From Utricularia gibba (taxonomy: Eukaryota; Plantae; Magnoliophyta): DNA of 64,000 bases. The stretch is taken from NCBI GenBank assembly GCA_002189035.1, contig NEEC01000002.1:6200001-6264000 (forward strand), written 5' to 3'. The notes under the pieces were generated by a model. It did no database searches. It was not told the DNA's origin and saw only the letters and a program-made list of their open reading frames with translations. Made by a program: the position numbers and the translations under genes. Positions 25,958 to 40,163 of this stretch are shown one piece after another (the first letter of the stretch is position 1; the number at the start of each line of letters is the position of its first letter).

Positions 25958-28900
25958 TCATTGGTGGGCATCCTTTTGCGGGCAACTATGAACATTAAGA
26001 TCATCTTCGGCACTGCGAATCCGTTTTGAGGCACGTTGTTCATCCAAGAGTCCGTCTCCCCCATTTTGATGGAATCCTGTTATGCACCTCCTTTTCAAAA
26101 CTTGCTGTTCGTCTGAAGTGGAGGAAGTGATGTACCCAACAGGGGAAATGAGACTGGCTTCAAGCTGGTTGTTTCTTGACAAGACTTGGGCGGGTTATCA
26201 TGGTAACTGTCGGTCTGTTGGGCACTGAGCATCTCTGGACAAAAGGCAAAATGGAGAGGAGAGGTTAGTGGCAACTAGAAAAGCATAGGGGTCCAAGGTA
26301 GTTCTTGGTTGGAGCTTTTCATTTTCAGAGTATGCTTAGTATATGCAACCAGATGCTGAAGGAGATGACCCTGTGCCATTCAGTGAATTTACGCGATCAT
26401 CTTCCAGCAGAAAATCTCCAGAGGAATTAGGGTCGGAAGTAGCAGGAGCGAGATCATTTAACTGCTGGGGAAAAGGTTCCGTACGTCTTCTGAAATTAAG
26501 CATTCATCATCAGCCTGTGACATGCAGCATGGCAAGAAATCTCAACCATCACACGAGATTAAAGAAGATACTGATTAGAAGAATATTTCCCTCATAAATG
26601 AGGAAGGTTTCACATAAATACCTCTGGAAGAATTGGAGGCCTTTTAATCTCTTCAACTGATAATCTATTCCCAAATGCACCCCAAGCTGAACCATCAAAA
26701 GCGTGTGGACCGATTGTTGGCTGAAGCAAATCGCACAATACCAATCCTGAAGTTCGGGTGGATTGGTTGATTTTTGATGGCGATGGTAGTAGCGTCATCT
26801 CAATTCCTTGCCCAGCCTGGTTAAACGCCCCTCATCCCTCCAACAATGGGAATTTGATGGATCCATGGCATCATTTTGATATCGATGAGAAGACTGCAAC
26901 TCTTCAGAGCTGTGCTCCTTTCCATCACCAGGAGAAAGATTATCATGATTACTGTTGATGAGACTGCTAATTAACCTTTCAATATGGGTTCGTTTCATAG
27001 AAGCTTCCTCGGGAGGGAACCAATCAGATTGGAGCTGAAAATATAGGCAATTTAGAATTCTGTTGTGCATACCAGCCAAGGTGAAAACTATTCGACAATA
27101 GAATCTGAAAAAAATTAGGATAACTGAATTCAAGAGAGAAAGTAAAGGGCATGTGAAGTATATGATGCACAGGTAATTCAAGATCTAGTATTCTGTGGGT
27201 AACATTATATATAGAACACCTAGAATCAACCCTCCATTGCATGAAGCTGGGGCTTTTAATAAAAAAACAAAAGGGTAGAAACAGAAATTCTACAAGCTAA
27301 AATCGGAATACTCACAAATTTCGAGCATGCTGTGACATTGTAAATACTGAAGTTAGGAGGAACTCCTTCCAGAAAAAGCTCTACATAATGAAGCAAAAAA
27401 AGGCCACAATCGTATGCATTCTGCTGCTGAGGTAACTGTGTTGTCCAAAAACAGAAGTTAGAAATCAGTAGGGTGATGACCTTTACTCATTCTTCACTTA
27501 CAAGAAGGCATTTAAAAATTGTAGTATAATTACCTCAAGGGATACGAATTTAAGGTTTCTGAATTTAGAATCGACATCATCACACAATTCACCATGCCTT
27601 TCTTTCCATTCCTCCAACAAGTAACTGAAAATTAGATAATAGCAAAAAGTACCCAAGGTTTAAAAAATAGAAGCATACAATACAGTATGAGACACAAGAA
27701 TGAAAACAACAATTGGGGGAGATATAAATGACAATGTCAGTACCCCCATGATTATACAGTAAACAAAAGCAATCACAAAGAATACCTACGATGGCATAAA
27801 AGTCACACGATCACATGACACAAACTGACAATTTCTTGATATGCAACAGAAGTATCCTTATCAAGTGTGACTTTCTAGCCATTGAACACAACATTTACCT
27901 CTGAAAAAGATCTTTGAGGCCAGCATGAGTTCCTCTCAGTGAGTCCATATGCAGAATACAAGGCACCCTTGGAGATTTATTGCCTTCAGAATCTGGAAAG
28001 TAAAGAGCATCAGCGCCTGTCATTATTATTAAAATGTGAATGGATCAAAGAGTTACTTGCCTGTGTAGTTGGAAACTTCAGCAAAGTAGCATATTACTAT
28101 AAGACTCCAGTGATAACTGCACTCCACAACAGCATAGATTTAATAAGAAGAAATCAAAACTTTGCGTTTTGTAAATTTTATGGTTTCTTACACATAATTA
28201 ACAGGAATAAATATGAAGTCCTTCTCATCTAGTTTCACTTTTCTGGTCCATTTACGAACACGCAGGAAAGCTGCCCTCCCATCAAGAACACTTGATGGAT
28301 CTTTGTCCACATCAGCGAGCTTCCGAAAAAAGAAACTGTTGAAAAAGTGGAACTTCATCTTTTGCTCAGTATTTTGCTTAGTCTTCAGATACCTGTTACA
28401 AGGTTGATGGTGATCTAAGCCGAGTAGAAGAATTAAAAGAAATTCACGCTTTGAAAAATAGTAAAATTTACACAAATCTTGAGTTAAATAAAATGAGACA
28501 CCAAGGTGAAAATAAAGGTAAGTGAATAAAAAGAATTATACTGAGCACCCTTTCAAGGAAGAGAAAGGAAAGCATTCTCCCATACTCAGACACCTAAAGG
28601 TAAAAAAACCTTAAAACTCAGCAAGCGTACCATTTCTCTAAGAAAGATCCACAACCCTAAATCAGAACTTTGTTAGCACTTAGCATCCATTCTCTGACTA
28701 GTGAAGGATAACATAATGTAATCCTAAACAAACGTCAAGTACAGAATAACAGAAGGCAAATACTTGAAAAGCTAAAAATGATACTGCTTTATCACAAAAG
28801 CTTACTTGATGTAAAAATCTATGATTGTATCATTTAGAAATGTATCCGGCAATAAGACTTCTACATCTCTTTTGCTTATGGAGACAGCATCTGGATCACC

Positions 28901-31491
28901 TTGTGGATAAATAACTTCTTCAAAAGGATCATCAAAACTGTAGTTTAGAGTAGTTTTCAGTTCAGCAGCACCCAAAACGAATAAAAAAATAAGAATAATA
29001 TCTGCATAATAAATACTTTCCAACTAAAAAGTATGAGTCTTTTAGAGTTGTTCGAATGTTACATAATGTCATCAGAAAATTTTTAACCAAGAGAAACATC
29101 TACACACTCAAGATTTCACTCACTTGGGGAAATACGTTCTTGTCAGAAAAGGATGATTCTGCTCAGGCAAGGCTGGCTGGTCCATTCCAGTGCTTCAGAT
29201 TGACAAGCAAACAGCATTAGGATAACAAGAACCCAGAATACTCCGCAACCACAGCTCATCAAACATAAACAGATCAAGCATGTATGTGAACTTACTCTAG
29301 AATGACGTTCCATAGGGCTCTATATTTCTCATCAAGAGACTCAATTGCTTCCAGCTTTTCGTACCAGTCAATGTCAGCAGCAGGAAAAACCAATTCTTGA
29401 ATCCCTGATGCTGAAAGTAGTATAGCAGATACCATATCAATTTAAAGGAGGGAACTAGCATCTAACATAAGAAGTTGGTGTGCAGACTCAAGCAAGTCAT
29501 TGCACTGTCAAAGTTAAGTTGACTGGTAATACATCTATAACAGCCGGGAAGTTGGCTTCCTATAAAATGCAATATAAATATTTTCTTGGCAGAAATTGGA
29601 ATCATACAGCATGGCAAACGCGTATGAAGAAAATGAAATTATAAAATATTTTTCAAAGCATAAAAGTGGACCGATTCAGCTAAATATGCTACTATTTGCA
29701 AACCCAAAACGAAATGAAGGGCTGAAATCTCAAATTCCCACACCAACTATAGTATCTCTAGAGCATAAAACTTCACATGAAAAGAAAAGTAGGCTCTTAA
29801 AAAGCAGCATCAATTCAAAGAAAGCAATGGCCTTTATACTGCACAAAGAGGCTACGGAAACCAGCAGAAAAACAGCAAAGACGACACCCTAAAGTGACTG
29901 GATGCAAAACAAACCTGATGAACTGTCATCACCACTATCCTTAGCTTCATCTTTCAATATAAAAGAGATAGTAATGGTGCCTATCTTGAACTGAAAATAT
30001 CACTAATGAAAATCAATTTCGAATTAATTTAATGTGCAATATTATTGGAGAGGACTCCAGCTTATGTTGGTTGTCTTACACGAGCACTCCATTGAGACTC
30101 TATTTTGACGATATCTTCTATATCCAATGCAATACGCAATGTCTGCCCATCTTCATATGTATCTTTACTCCATACTTCAACACGAATGCTTGAGAAGCTC
30201 ACTCTTGAGTCCGTATAATGCTTTCCACAATAAGATACATAATCAGGATCGAATGCCACTTCTTCCCCTTCCCCACCCTGCTAAAAGAATGGCCATTAGG
30301 AAATTAGCAGGCTAAAAAAAACCGCTATTTTAAAAGAAGCCACAAGGAAGCATGTAAGAAAACGACTATCAAAAGTATCTGTGTTATATAAGACATAGGA
30401 GAAGTGATGGATATACCAAATTAAAGTCACCGGCACAATCATCAGAGGGTCGCTCATCACAAGAAGCTGAAAAAGAAAAGATAATGTAATGCTAGCACAC
30501 TGATTCAAACTATTGCAAGCCCACCAAACACATCTTCAACATAGCAGAATAAAGAAAGAAAATATAGGATGAAGCAACACTGAGAATAACTTTGGTGAGC
30601 CAAACCATTATTTGCTTCCACATCAGAGAGAATTCTCCCACTCACGGTCACATCAGCATCAGAAGCCAGCCGAAACGACTTATCCTGGAAATTGATTGAA
30701 AATACTCATGATGCGTGCTAAGATGATATAAAGAACATGTACACATATATTAAGGAAGCAGTTAAAGTGGTTTTATTCACCACATCATGCACTGGATCAG
30801 AAGCGCCACCCAAGTTAACAATGGCACTCTTCATTGCAATCATATTACATTTCATTTCAGAACAGCCATCGTAAAATCTGTGGTCAGTCTGGTAGAGATA
30901 ACTAAGTGTTAAGCCTTACCTTATCAAAATCATCAGCGTCTAAGGTGTCTAATTTGGAGGCATTATCACAACCAGATTCAGTGTAAGCATATCGGAACAA
31001 CTCAATAGTCCAACGCTATTCTTCTCGGGGTAACATCAATTCTTGTAGCTAGAAAAAAAAATTATAATTATTTTTCTCTTAAAACCACGCCATCGATATT
31101 GCAATATATGCAGGAAGCTTCAACAGCGCAATAAACCATATCAAAACCCTGTTGTTTCGGCAAAAGTTTGCTTTCAAATTTCAACCTATGAAAGCGAGCT
31201 GATGAGGAAAGACCATTTCAAACTTTGAAACCAGTAATCAAATGATTTGCAACTAGTAAACTTATGCTGCGTCCCTCACCGTTTCTGAAAATAAAACAGA
31301 ACACAACGGGACGCAGAGTCGTAAACCAGATCTCGCATCCACAATCTAAAAAACCTTTTGAAACTTATTAACAAAGAATGATCGTGAAAAGTCTCCTTAC
31401 GATGGAGGGAATGCTGACAGTCATGGTCCGAATTCATACTTCTGAAGGGCGCTTCGCTCATCTCATCTTCTTTGATATCAAACAGTTCCAT
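25958..31491 (-). CDS. ULP2: ULP2-type (SPF1/SPF2-like) SUMO protease, many exons; start and extreme C-terminus uncertain; apparent frameshifts at 26828-26831 and about 26480
   Basis: C48 peptidase motifs: FEEVIYPQGDPDAVSISKRDVEVLLPDTFLNDTIIDFYIK, HFFNSFFFRKLAD, FIPVNY-VYHWSLIVIC (His), PCILHMDSLRG (Asp), LPQQQNAYDCGLFLLHY (Cys), DWFPPEEASMKR. Confidence 0.9.
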
Positions 31492-32863
31492 CTTCGAACC
31501 GCAAGATTAAGAACAGATCATCACACTAGATGGGAGCAAAATTTTTTGGGAAGCCCAAATTTAGGGTTTGAACTCCCCCCAAATTTTGGGAAATTTTGGA
31601 GGCAACGCGACATGAACACTTGGGAGTAGGGATTCTTTTATTTTATTAGCTTTTCAAAACAAAACATAAAAAATTAATATTTTATAGGTTTATTTTTAAA
31701 ATAACTAAAATGGTTTATAAAATCATTCTAAAAAATAGTTAATTAATTAAAATCACTTCTAAAATATATAATTATTCTACAAATCTCATTATATATACAT
31801 AAAATATAGAATAATTGTATTAATGAATAATATTTTTTACCGGTAAAAAATTGTATTTATATCTCTCTTTTTCCATGATTTTTTTATAATAAATTAAATA
31901 ATGCAAATTTAGAGAATAATTATGACTTATGTCTGATTTTTTTAAAAGATACATTTTATTGAGCATCTTTAAAAAAATGCATTTTCTTGAGTGCATTTGA
32001 TAGATAGTTTGAATTTATGAATTTAAATTTAAAATATATTTAATAGATGAATTTAACTATATTAAATAACCATGTACTAAATTTAATATAATTTTTTTTG
32101 AATATTTTGATTTAAAACTTCTTATTAAATTATCATATTAAATAAAACTCTATAAAATCAACCTAAAAATATTTATTAATCACCTCCTTTATATTCTACT
32201 TATCGTAGCACAATGCTATGTGGACCCCATGAAGCTCTTCTTTTTTCGGTAATTTTGATTTTTTTTTTTTTTTACTCTTTACTTCATTTTGGGACAAAAA
32301 TAACGGTAGACCGGCAGGTTACAAATGGGGCGATTGCAATTTGGTCGTCCGTTGGTTGGGCTCAGCGGCCAGCGCAGGTTAGCGGGATATGTTAAAAATT
32401 CAATCTTGTTCATCGCTCCTCTCTGAGAACACGACAGCTTCCTCATCTTCTTCTGTACTGCGAGGGAATATCGTTATTTTCCTGTGCTTTTTTCACGTGG
32501 GAGATGGTCGTCTTGCTTTCAAGTGCCGTCTGATACAAGCGTGCTTTGATGGGCTGTTCTGTCGTGGATAAAAGCTCATCCCAAAGTCGGATACTGTTTA
32601 TGTGAGATACGGAGTAGTGGGTTGTTGATGGAGTTGGGTTCCTTCTCTGTCTTTTGTTAGTATGAGGATTCACTCTATGTGGGGGTGAAGTGAACTGGGT
32701 TTTCTAGAGCTTTGGGTGTCATCGGAACTTCGTTCTGGTTGTATTTTCCGGCATTTCCGTGGAGCGGAGGCGGTGGTTTAGGCTATCTTTTTGGTTGCTT
32801 AAACCGTGAGAAAAGGTGACAGATCGGGTAAACTTTGGGTTGCGTGTATTGTGTGAATAAAGC

Positions 32864-35800
32864 ATGCCGCATAAAACCACCTATTTCTTCCCAAGAAATT
32901 CTTCGGACCACAAGTTCAAGGAGTTAGTTGAAGATCACGAGGATAAATTTCTGCTACACGATGTAAAGGCTGCGGAAGTTGAACGTGAAATCAATCGAGG
33001 AGGATTTGCCACGACTTATGGTGGTAATTTTTCTCAAGATGTCACAGGTGACAAGATTCGCCAGAAAAGTTTGAACGAGTTTTCGAAGAGGCTTCCCAAA
33101 TACAAGAAAGAAAAGGCTCCGGCCGACGGTGCAACTGGTAATATTCGGTTGTTCGGAATTGAAGATGAAGTCACTAATACGCAGAAGGATTCTTTGCTCC
33201 GGCGATCGATGGATGCGAGTGAATTCATCCTCGATCAGCCACCCGAAAGGGGCTTTGATGGGCAGGTTCCTGTGGGGAGATTGTCAAGTTGGGGAAGCAC
33301 GAGCAATGGAAGGAGCTTGTTTTCTGATTCAACAGCGAACCGGAATTGTTCTTCATCCTCCACAATTGCGGTGGCTGGAGACAAGAGCAGGGGTTCTAAG
33401 TCAAGTGATGAAATTGGAAGATTTACTGAAAGCTACTGTTTACAGATAATGCTTGCCAAAAGGTTAACAGAAGAAGCAACTCTTGCTTCAGAGCCCCTCC
33501 TTCTGGCCAAAAGTGGAAATCCAGTGTCTTCAGTGGTTGGTAAATCCTCGGATGCTGATAATGTCTCATATCGTTTCTGGGTATGAGTCTTTTTCCCTTG
33601 TCTAAACGTATAGTTTTTTTTTCCATTCAAGGCGCTTATCATCTGTGAACTGATTATATGTTTTTAGTGTAGGTGAACGGTTGTTTGTCATACATCGACA
33701 AAATTTCCGATGGGTTCTATAGCATTTTAGGTATGAACCCACATCTATGGTTAATGTCCAATAACTTGGAGGAAGGTAAAAAGATGCCTCCTTTAACTTC
33801 ACTAAGAGAAATGGCTCCTGCTGATTCTTCACTGGAGGTGACTATTGTTGATCGGTTTGAGGACGTGAAGCTTCGAGAACTTGAAGATAGAGCTCACGTG
33901 ATGCATACATCCCTAGGGAGTACACTTAGTCTAGCTGAGAAACTTGGCAGGCTTGTTGCTGTTTCTATGGGGTATGGCTACACTCTTCGCATGAATTGAG
34001 ATGCTTTATATGGCTTCCTGTATTAATTTTGATTCATATTTAAGGGGTCCATTTCCTGAAGAACAAGGTGAACTTAATTCATGCTGGAAACTGATTAGCC
34101 AGCAGTTGAAGTATTTGCACAATTGTGTTGTGGTCCCAATTGGTAGCCTGTCCACTGGACTTTGCAGGCACCGTGCTCTACTTTTTAAGGTGAACGGATA
34201 ATCTCATTTTAGCCTGTCATTGGAAATGAAAAGTTTTGAAATAAAACTATGTTTATTGGCTTTGTTGGTCAAGCTATCTCCTCATCGTCGTATAATAACA
34301 GAAAACGTTTTTGTTCAGAGACTAGCTGACCATGTGGGGTTGCCCTGTCGGATTGCTCAAGGATGCAGATATTGCACCTTAGACCATCGAGCTTCATGCT
34401 TGATCAAAGTTAAAGATGAAGGGAAACCTTTCAGGTTGGACAGTTTCCATTCAACCGATTTTCTAATTTTCTTGTATTAGTAGTTACTTATAGATAGACC
34501 ATGTGTTCCTTGATGTTAAAAAATCTGGGTGGAAGTTCTTGGTGTGCTAACATATATTAGAATAATACTGCATAAGTTGACACGTATGCTTCTTCAGGGA
34601 ATTTGTAATTGATCTTGTGGGGAAACCAGGAAATGTATATCCTCCTGATTCATCGATCAATGGTAGTACAGCAGTCTCTGCGCCTTCTCCTTTTCAAATA
34701 TCACGCATAAGGGGGTTCCAGCTAGATGCATTGACGAAGACTGATTTGCAACTCAATTTTGACGGGGTGGGTAGAAGTTCCAAAATTATACAGTCAGGTA
34801 TTCCTACTTGACATTTCCAAATGTGGGGCTTATTCTGTATACCAAGTTTTTTATTGCCTCTCCATTGTAATTGTTGCTTTTTCCTCCATCTAATGAACTT
34901 TAAAATAATCCAGCTAATCCTGTATTTGTAATGCTTGATCTCATGTTTCTATTCGGATTCATGTTGGGGAGTTTTAAGACCAACCTAAGAAAACTCGTTT
35001 TGTAGGAGACACTGTCTTGAGTCCCAGCAATGGTCAATTAAGTTACTCCAAGCACAAAGACAACTTGAAGACTCACAAAAAGCACACTGGAGCCACTGTT
35101 CCTAGATTTTTAAATCTCATCCCTTCTCTAGAAAAGGATGGGCTTGAGATATCATGGGATGAGCTCAATATCAAGGAACGTGTTGGAGCTGGTAGTTATT
35201 GATTTCTTTTTTCAACCGTGATTTCTTTATGTCTTCTTCATTTCAGCATGTTGAGCTGTAATGTGTTTGGTTGCCTTTTGTTAGGATCCTTTGGCACAGT
35301 GCACAGAGCTGAATGGCATGACTCTGTAAGTATTTTGCAGCTGCTCGTGTACTTTTTCCTTCATTTTCATGGACTCCTTTTAACGTGCAGGACGTAGCTG
35401 TTAAGGTTTTAACTCTCCAAGATTTTCATGATGATCAGTTGAGGGAATTCTTGAGGGAGGTATGGTTGTTACTTGAGGATTGAGTACTTTAATTTTCAAA
35501 CAACAACCACAAAGTTCTTAACCTTATTTGATTCATTTCATTTTATGTCTCATGTTCGTTAAGATTGCCATCATGAAACGTGTTCGTCATCCAAATGTAG
35601 TTCTTTTCATGGGAGCCGTCACAAAACGCCCCCACCTCTCCATTGTAACAGAATATTTGCCACGGTGTGTGAAGCTAGAGACTATCTTCATTTTATGACT
35701 CTTATCTTTGTCTTTAACCTGTCGTTCCTTCCATGGAACAGAGGTAGTCTATTCCAAATCATGCATTCCGCGGCATCTGGTGAAATACTAGACAAGAGGC

Positions 35801-36699
35801 GACGGCTGAGGATGGCATTGGATGTGGTGTGTTTCTTTGACTTCCTTTTCAGTTCATCTATCTATATATCTATCTTCTTTTTCACTTAAGTGCCTTTTGT
35901 TTAGGCAAAGGGTGTCAATTATCTTCACCATCTTGCACCACCTATCGTCCATCGGGACCTTAAGTCACCAAACTTACTGGTGGACAAAAACTGGAGTGTG
36001 AAGGTTAGTTTTCCTCAGCTTTTGGTTTGGAGTTGATGTATTTGTGATCAGTGTTTTTGAAAAGCCTAGTTCAAAAATCAGGTCTGTGATTTCGGCCTAT
36101 CAAGGTTCAAGGAGAGAACTTTTATATCATTGAAGTCGGCTGCTGGAACAGTAAGTTTCCATGTCTCTTATTCTACAGTCGGCACACACCCTGGAAACAT
36201 TTCTTTTCTTCATTTCCAGCCGGAATGGATGGCCCCAGAATTCCTCCGTGGGGAGCCAAGCAATGAGAAATCCGATGTGTTCAGTTTTGGAGTCATTCTG
36301 TGGGAGCTTGTCACCATGCAGCAGCCATGGAATGGACTCAGCCCTGCCCAAGTAAGTTTCCTGTGCTCATTACCCAGTTTTCATTGCCAATCTTTTAACA
36401 CACCTTGCCTGCATCGAACTTGAAGGTAGTGGGAGCCGTTGCTTTCCAGAACAGGAGGCTGACAGTTCCAGATAGCACATCCCATGTATTAGTTTCTCTG
36501 ATGGAATCTTGTTGGGCAGAGTAAGAACGATTCATCTTCTCCCCTCAACTTCTAATATTCATGTTACTGACAAACACAACAATCCCTCTGTTGATTTCGC
36601 AGGGATCCGGCTCAGCGGCCACCCTTCGACGCCATCATCGGCACCCTGAAGACATTACTGAAATCTCCACCGCAGTTGATACAAATGAATGGTCAATAA
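32864..36699 (+). CDS. Raf-like MAPKKK of the CTR1/EDR1 group (At4g24480-like): EDR1 domain plus protein kinase domain
   Basis: [11 protein letters not shown] start; [35 protein letters not shown]; kinase [53 protein letters not shown]; all inspected introns GT-AG and in frame; stop TAA 36697-36699. Confidence 0.95.
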
Positions 36700-37167
36700 C
36701 AGCACACCATATGTTGCTGATACGAGTTGTCCTTTTTTCCTGCAGAGTTGCAGCTCAGAATGGACACGAAGACTTTTGAAGAGAATATAGTGTGAGGAAT
36801 AAGTTGTTTCTGATAGAATCCACACGAAATGAATTCCTTCTGCTGTCATCCACATGAAAAAACTTCACATAGTGTAAAGCATAACCTCCTTTCGTATTAT
36901 GCATGTGAAGCCAGTTACAAACTAGCGAAGAACACGTATGTTGTGTTCAAGAGGAACAACATAAAGAAGAGGTGCAACTCAAAACTTTTGACATATCAAA
37001 CTTCTAGATTTCCTAGGAGCGTTCATGTAAAAAATGTACAGCTCAAGGAACACAACAGAGGCTGTTTGAAGTAAGACTGTTTCGAAGTTACAACAGTCTG
37101 TTGTTATGCTTGGGATGCATCCAGTTCATTTTGTTAGAAAAAAAGAATCCACTTTTGGCATGAAGCT

Positions 37168-39731
37168 TTAGCTGCGGAGCCTGCTCTGAGTTTTTGGTTT
37201 CATTATTGCTTCAGTGAGCCTGTACACCCATCTATCCAGCATGCCTATCACATAAGAAGCCAACATGATGAACAAAGAATAAACTTTCTGAATCCATAGT
37301 CTTTTATCTGGCCTGCACATACCAGTTAATGCGAAAGTGCCACCAAGTACAGCGCACAGGCGTGTAATGAAGTGGAAGAAACTACGACGTTCTTCCTTGA
37401 TGGTGACTGTGATTGGTGACAAGTCATATAGAAAGTACACAGCTGCAAAAAATGAGTGCATCGTTCAATGGCACAGAACTGGAAAGTAAACAATGAAATC
37501 CAGATGCAAAGAGCCTTACCAGGCCATGACTTGGATCCCTTATCTATGGGAGAAAAGTATTCCGAAACTGAGAACTGGTTGGTCGGCAACACTTCCTTTG
37601 AAATATACCTGTATTCAGTAGGAACGATCTGCACCCAAAATGTCAGGAGTAAGATTATGTGAGGAAAACAATGACAAATTTGAACAGTGCATTTCGTTGT
37701 TTCTGCCACCAACAAACAAAAGAGAGCTAGATTCATGGCAGATGTGGAGCAGCAATGGTTCTACAAGCTTGCTTTTAATGAAAGGTTTTATCTTTTAGGT
37801 GGCATTGACATGTTTTTATTCCCATCTTTCCCTGAATAGATTCAAAAATTTAATACCAATGTATTGATAGCTAAAACTGTCGCATGATAGGTGCACAATA
37901 ATGCTCAAATTTTGTAGAAAATACAAGTGCACTACACATTAGAAGGATATCCAAACCTTGATGTAGTACTTGAATGTTCCACTTGCTGCATGCAAAATCC
38001 GGATAGTGTCATCCAGGGGATTATGTAGGCCAGGATACTTGGGTCCAAAGGACAAATCATGGATCATGTGACTAACATTGACATGATAAGATTCATCAAA
38101 GATCTGGAAGAAAATATAAAGTTAATAATACATGAAGTGTTTAATATGGTATCTGAAGAGTAAACCAGTCATATATTTGAATTTTATGTAGATGCTTGAA
38201 GGAAAAAATCAGTTTGCTGTTCGTTCCAAGCTCCAAAATATGATCTCAGTTAAACGTAAGAGGCCAACCCTTTGAGCAACAATAAGATTGAGTCCATGGA
38301 CAGAGACGTGAAAATTTCCAGCAACCCTTTGCACATCCAAAACGCCATATACCTGCAATGAGATTAAGTATTAAAATAACCTCAAGATATGATAACAACC
38401 AGAGCTACTGAGATTATCTACTTCTCATTGCTATTAATGTGCTTCATTTTTATAAGTAATCACAACATGGATGTCCAGCTTCTCAGGGCTTCACGTTCAA
38501 CAACTTACAGGGCAAAAAATGTAGGCATAATAGAGAAAAACATACTCGGCAGCCTTCCGCATTGTCGAATGCATGCTTCACCTTCGTGATCATTTCTTCA
38601 GCTTTGTTGTCCAAAGTAACTTTATGTTTAGACTCTTCATGGTGATCTTCACTGTGATCTGCTCATGATATATAAAGTTTATCACTCATAACAGACAATA
38701 TAAAGGCCTCAATGTGAACTAACCATGTCCGTGATTAGCATGTTCCTGCTCCACAAGATTGGACAAATACTCCGCACCAATGATATGACCATATCTATCT
38801 AAGCGAAGCTACATACAGAAAAAGACTTCACGTTTAGGAAACATGATCAAAATGAAAGAGAATGTATGGAGGGTGGGGGTATGGAAACGGATAGACTAGA
38901 GTGAATTTAGTCCCAAGACAGGAAACATCAATCAAGCCAACTGCATTTCATTAAAACAATGCAGATTATTTGTAATAAAACAACCTTCCATATATTTGTG
39001 TCAAGATCAACTTCATGCTTTCCAGACATATCAATTGCATCAACGCTCAGAACTGCAAGCATCAACATAACGTGAAGGGAAAAAAGAATACAAAAAAGAA
39101 GAAACAAGGAAAGGGAGGAAAAGGAAGTGGACGGAATACAAGTTTTTTAATGAAGAGCAAGTATTACAAAACGACTCACCATCACAAGGCAAAGAAGGGA
39201 AAGTCATGTTTATGTGGATGGGAAGTGTTTCCCCACGGTTAGAATCAACTGCCATCTACATCATTCAGCAACATAACAGATCACAACCAGTCCTTTTCCA
39301 GAAGACAGTAACAAACAAAACAGATCAAAGTAGTCACCTGATGTACAGTGTACGTTGTGAGATAATAAGTCAACTCATGCACGAATAACGTTGCCATGAC
39401 AATCAATCCAACAATCGAAACTGAAATGGAAAAAAGAACGTCTTTGAAGCATTTGATCATCCAGCATCCATTTGGGTTTACAGATAGAAGACTCATTCTT
39501 TGCCGATAAAACATTTTTACTGTACGATTCATTGGTACTAATCACATCCTGGCCTGATGACTGGACATTTACTCATAAGACGCAATGCAACGGATACGAT
39601 AAACATTGAATAAACAGATGATTGATGAGACGCAACACACCGAGGGCACCAGACTTCGTCTTCTGAAGCAAATGATCCTCCGTACGTGGGAATGCGTCAA
39701 TGCTTTTCAGGGCTTGCTTGAAATTACCCAT
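37168..39731 (-). CDS. ER-Golgi intermediate compartment / ERV46-like vesicle transporter (At3g22290-like)
   Basis: KSIDAFPRTEDHLLQKTKSGA, RGETLPIHINMTFPSLPCD-VLSVDAIDMSG, EGCR-VYGVLDVQRVAGNFH, SFGPKYPGLHNPLDD, YFLYDLSPITVTIKEERRSF...CAVLGGTFALTG. Confidence 0.95.
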
Positions 39732-40057
39732 CTTTTTTATCCGATTAATCTTGCTTTCATACACCCCAAATTCCTCCAATCCAAACTGCAAACAAATTAT
39801 CCACGGCTATCCAAATGAAAGCGATATTCAGCCAGAATCTCCCTCCGCATGTACCTTGGAAGGAAAAAACTTTAAAATAGCAATTTTGTTTCTGTTCTTT
39901 TTGGTAGCAGCAGAACTTGGGGGAAAGAACACTCGCCGGCAAATCTCAAGAATTGGGAACCGGTTGAAACACCGGAACGAGATTCAGAAAGCGATGGCCC
40001 TAATTTATACCGTGCGATTTTCTGAAGAAGCAATTGAATTCGGAAGGTTCAAGGGCC

Positions 40058-40163
40058 GGTCAACTCTCCGACCAATCAAAAAATTTATTATATATATATA
40101 ATTTATATTTTGGGAAATATTGTCTGACGCGTGACCATGACCTAGGTCAACTCTCCGACCAAT
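40058..40163. repeat. Perfect 19-bp direct repeat GGTCAACTCTCCGACCAAT in the divergent ERGIC/CIPK8 promoter
   Basis: Copies at 40058-40076 and 40145-40163; a degenerate third copy CAACTGTCCGGACCAT near 40174. Confidence 0.9.
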
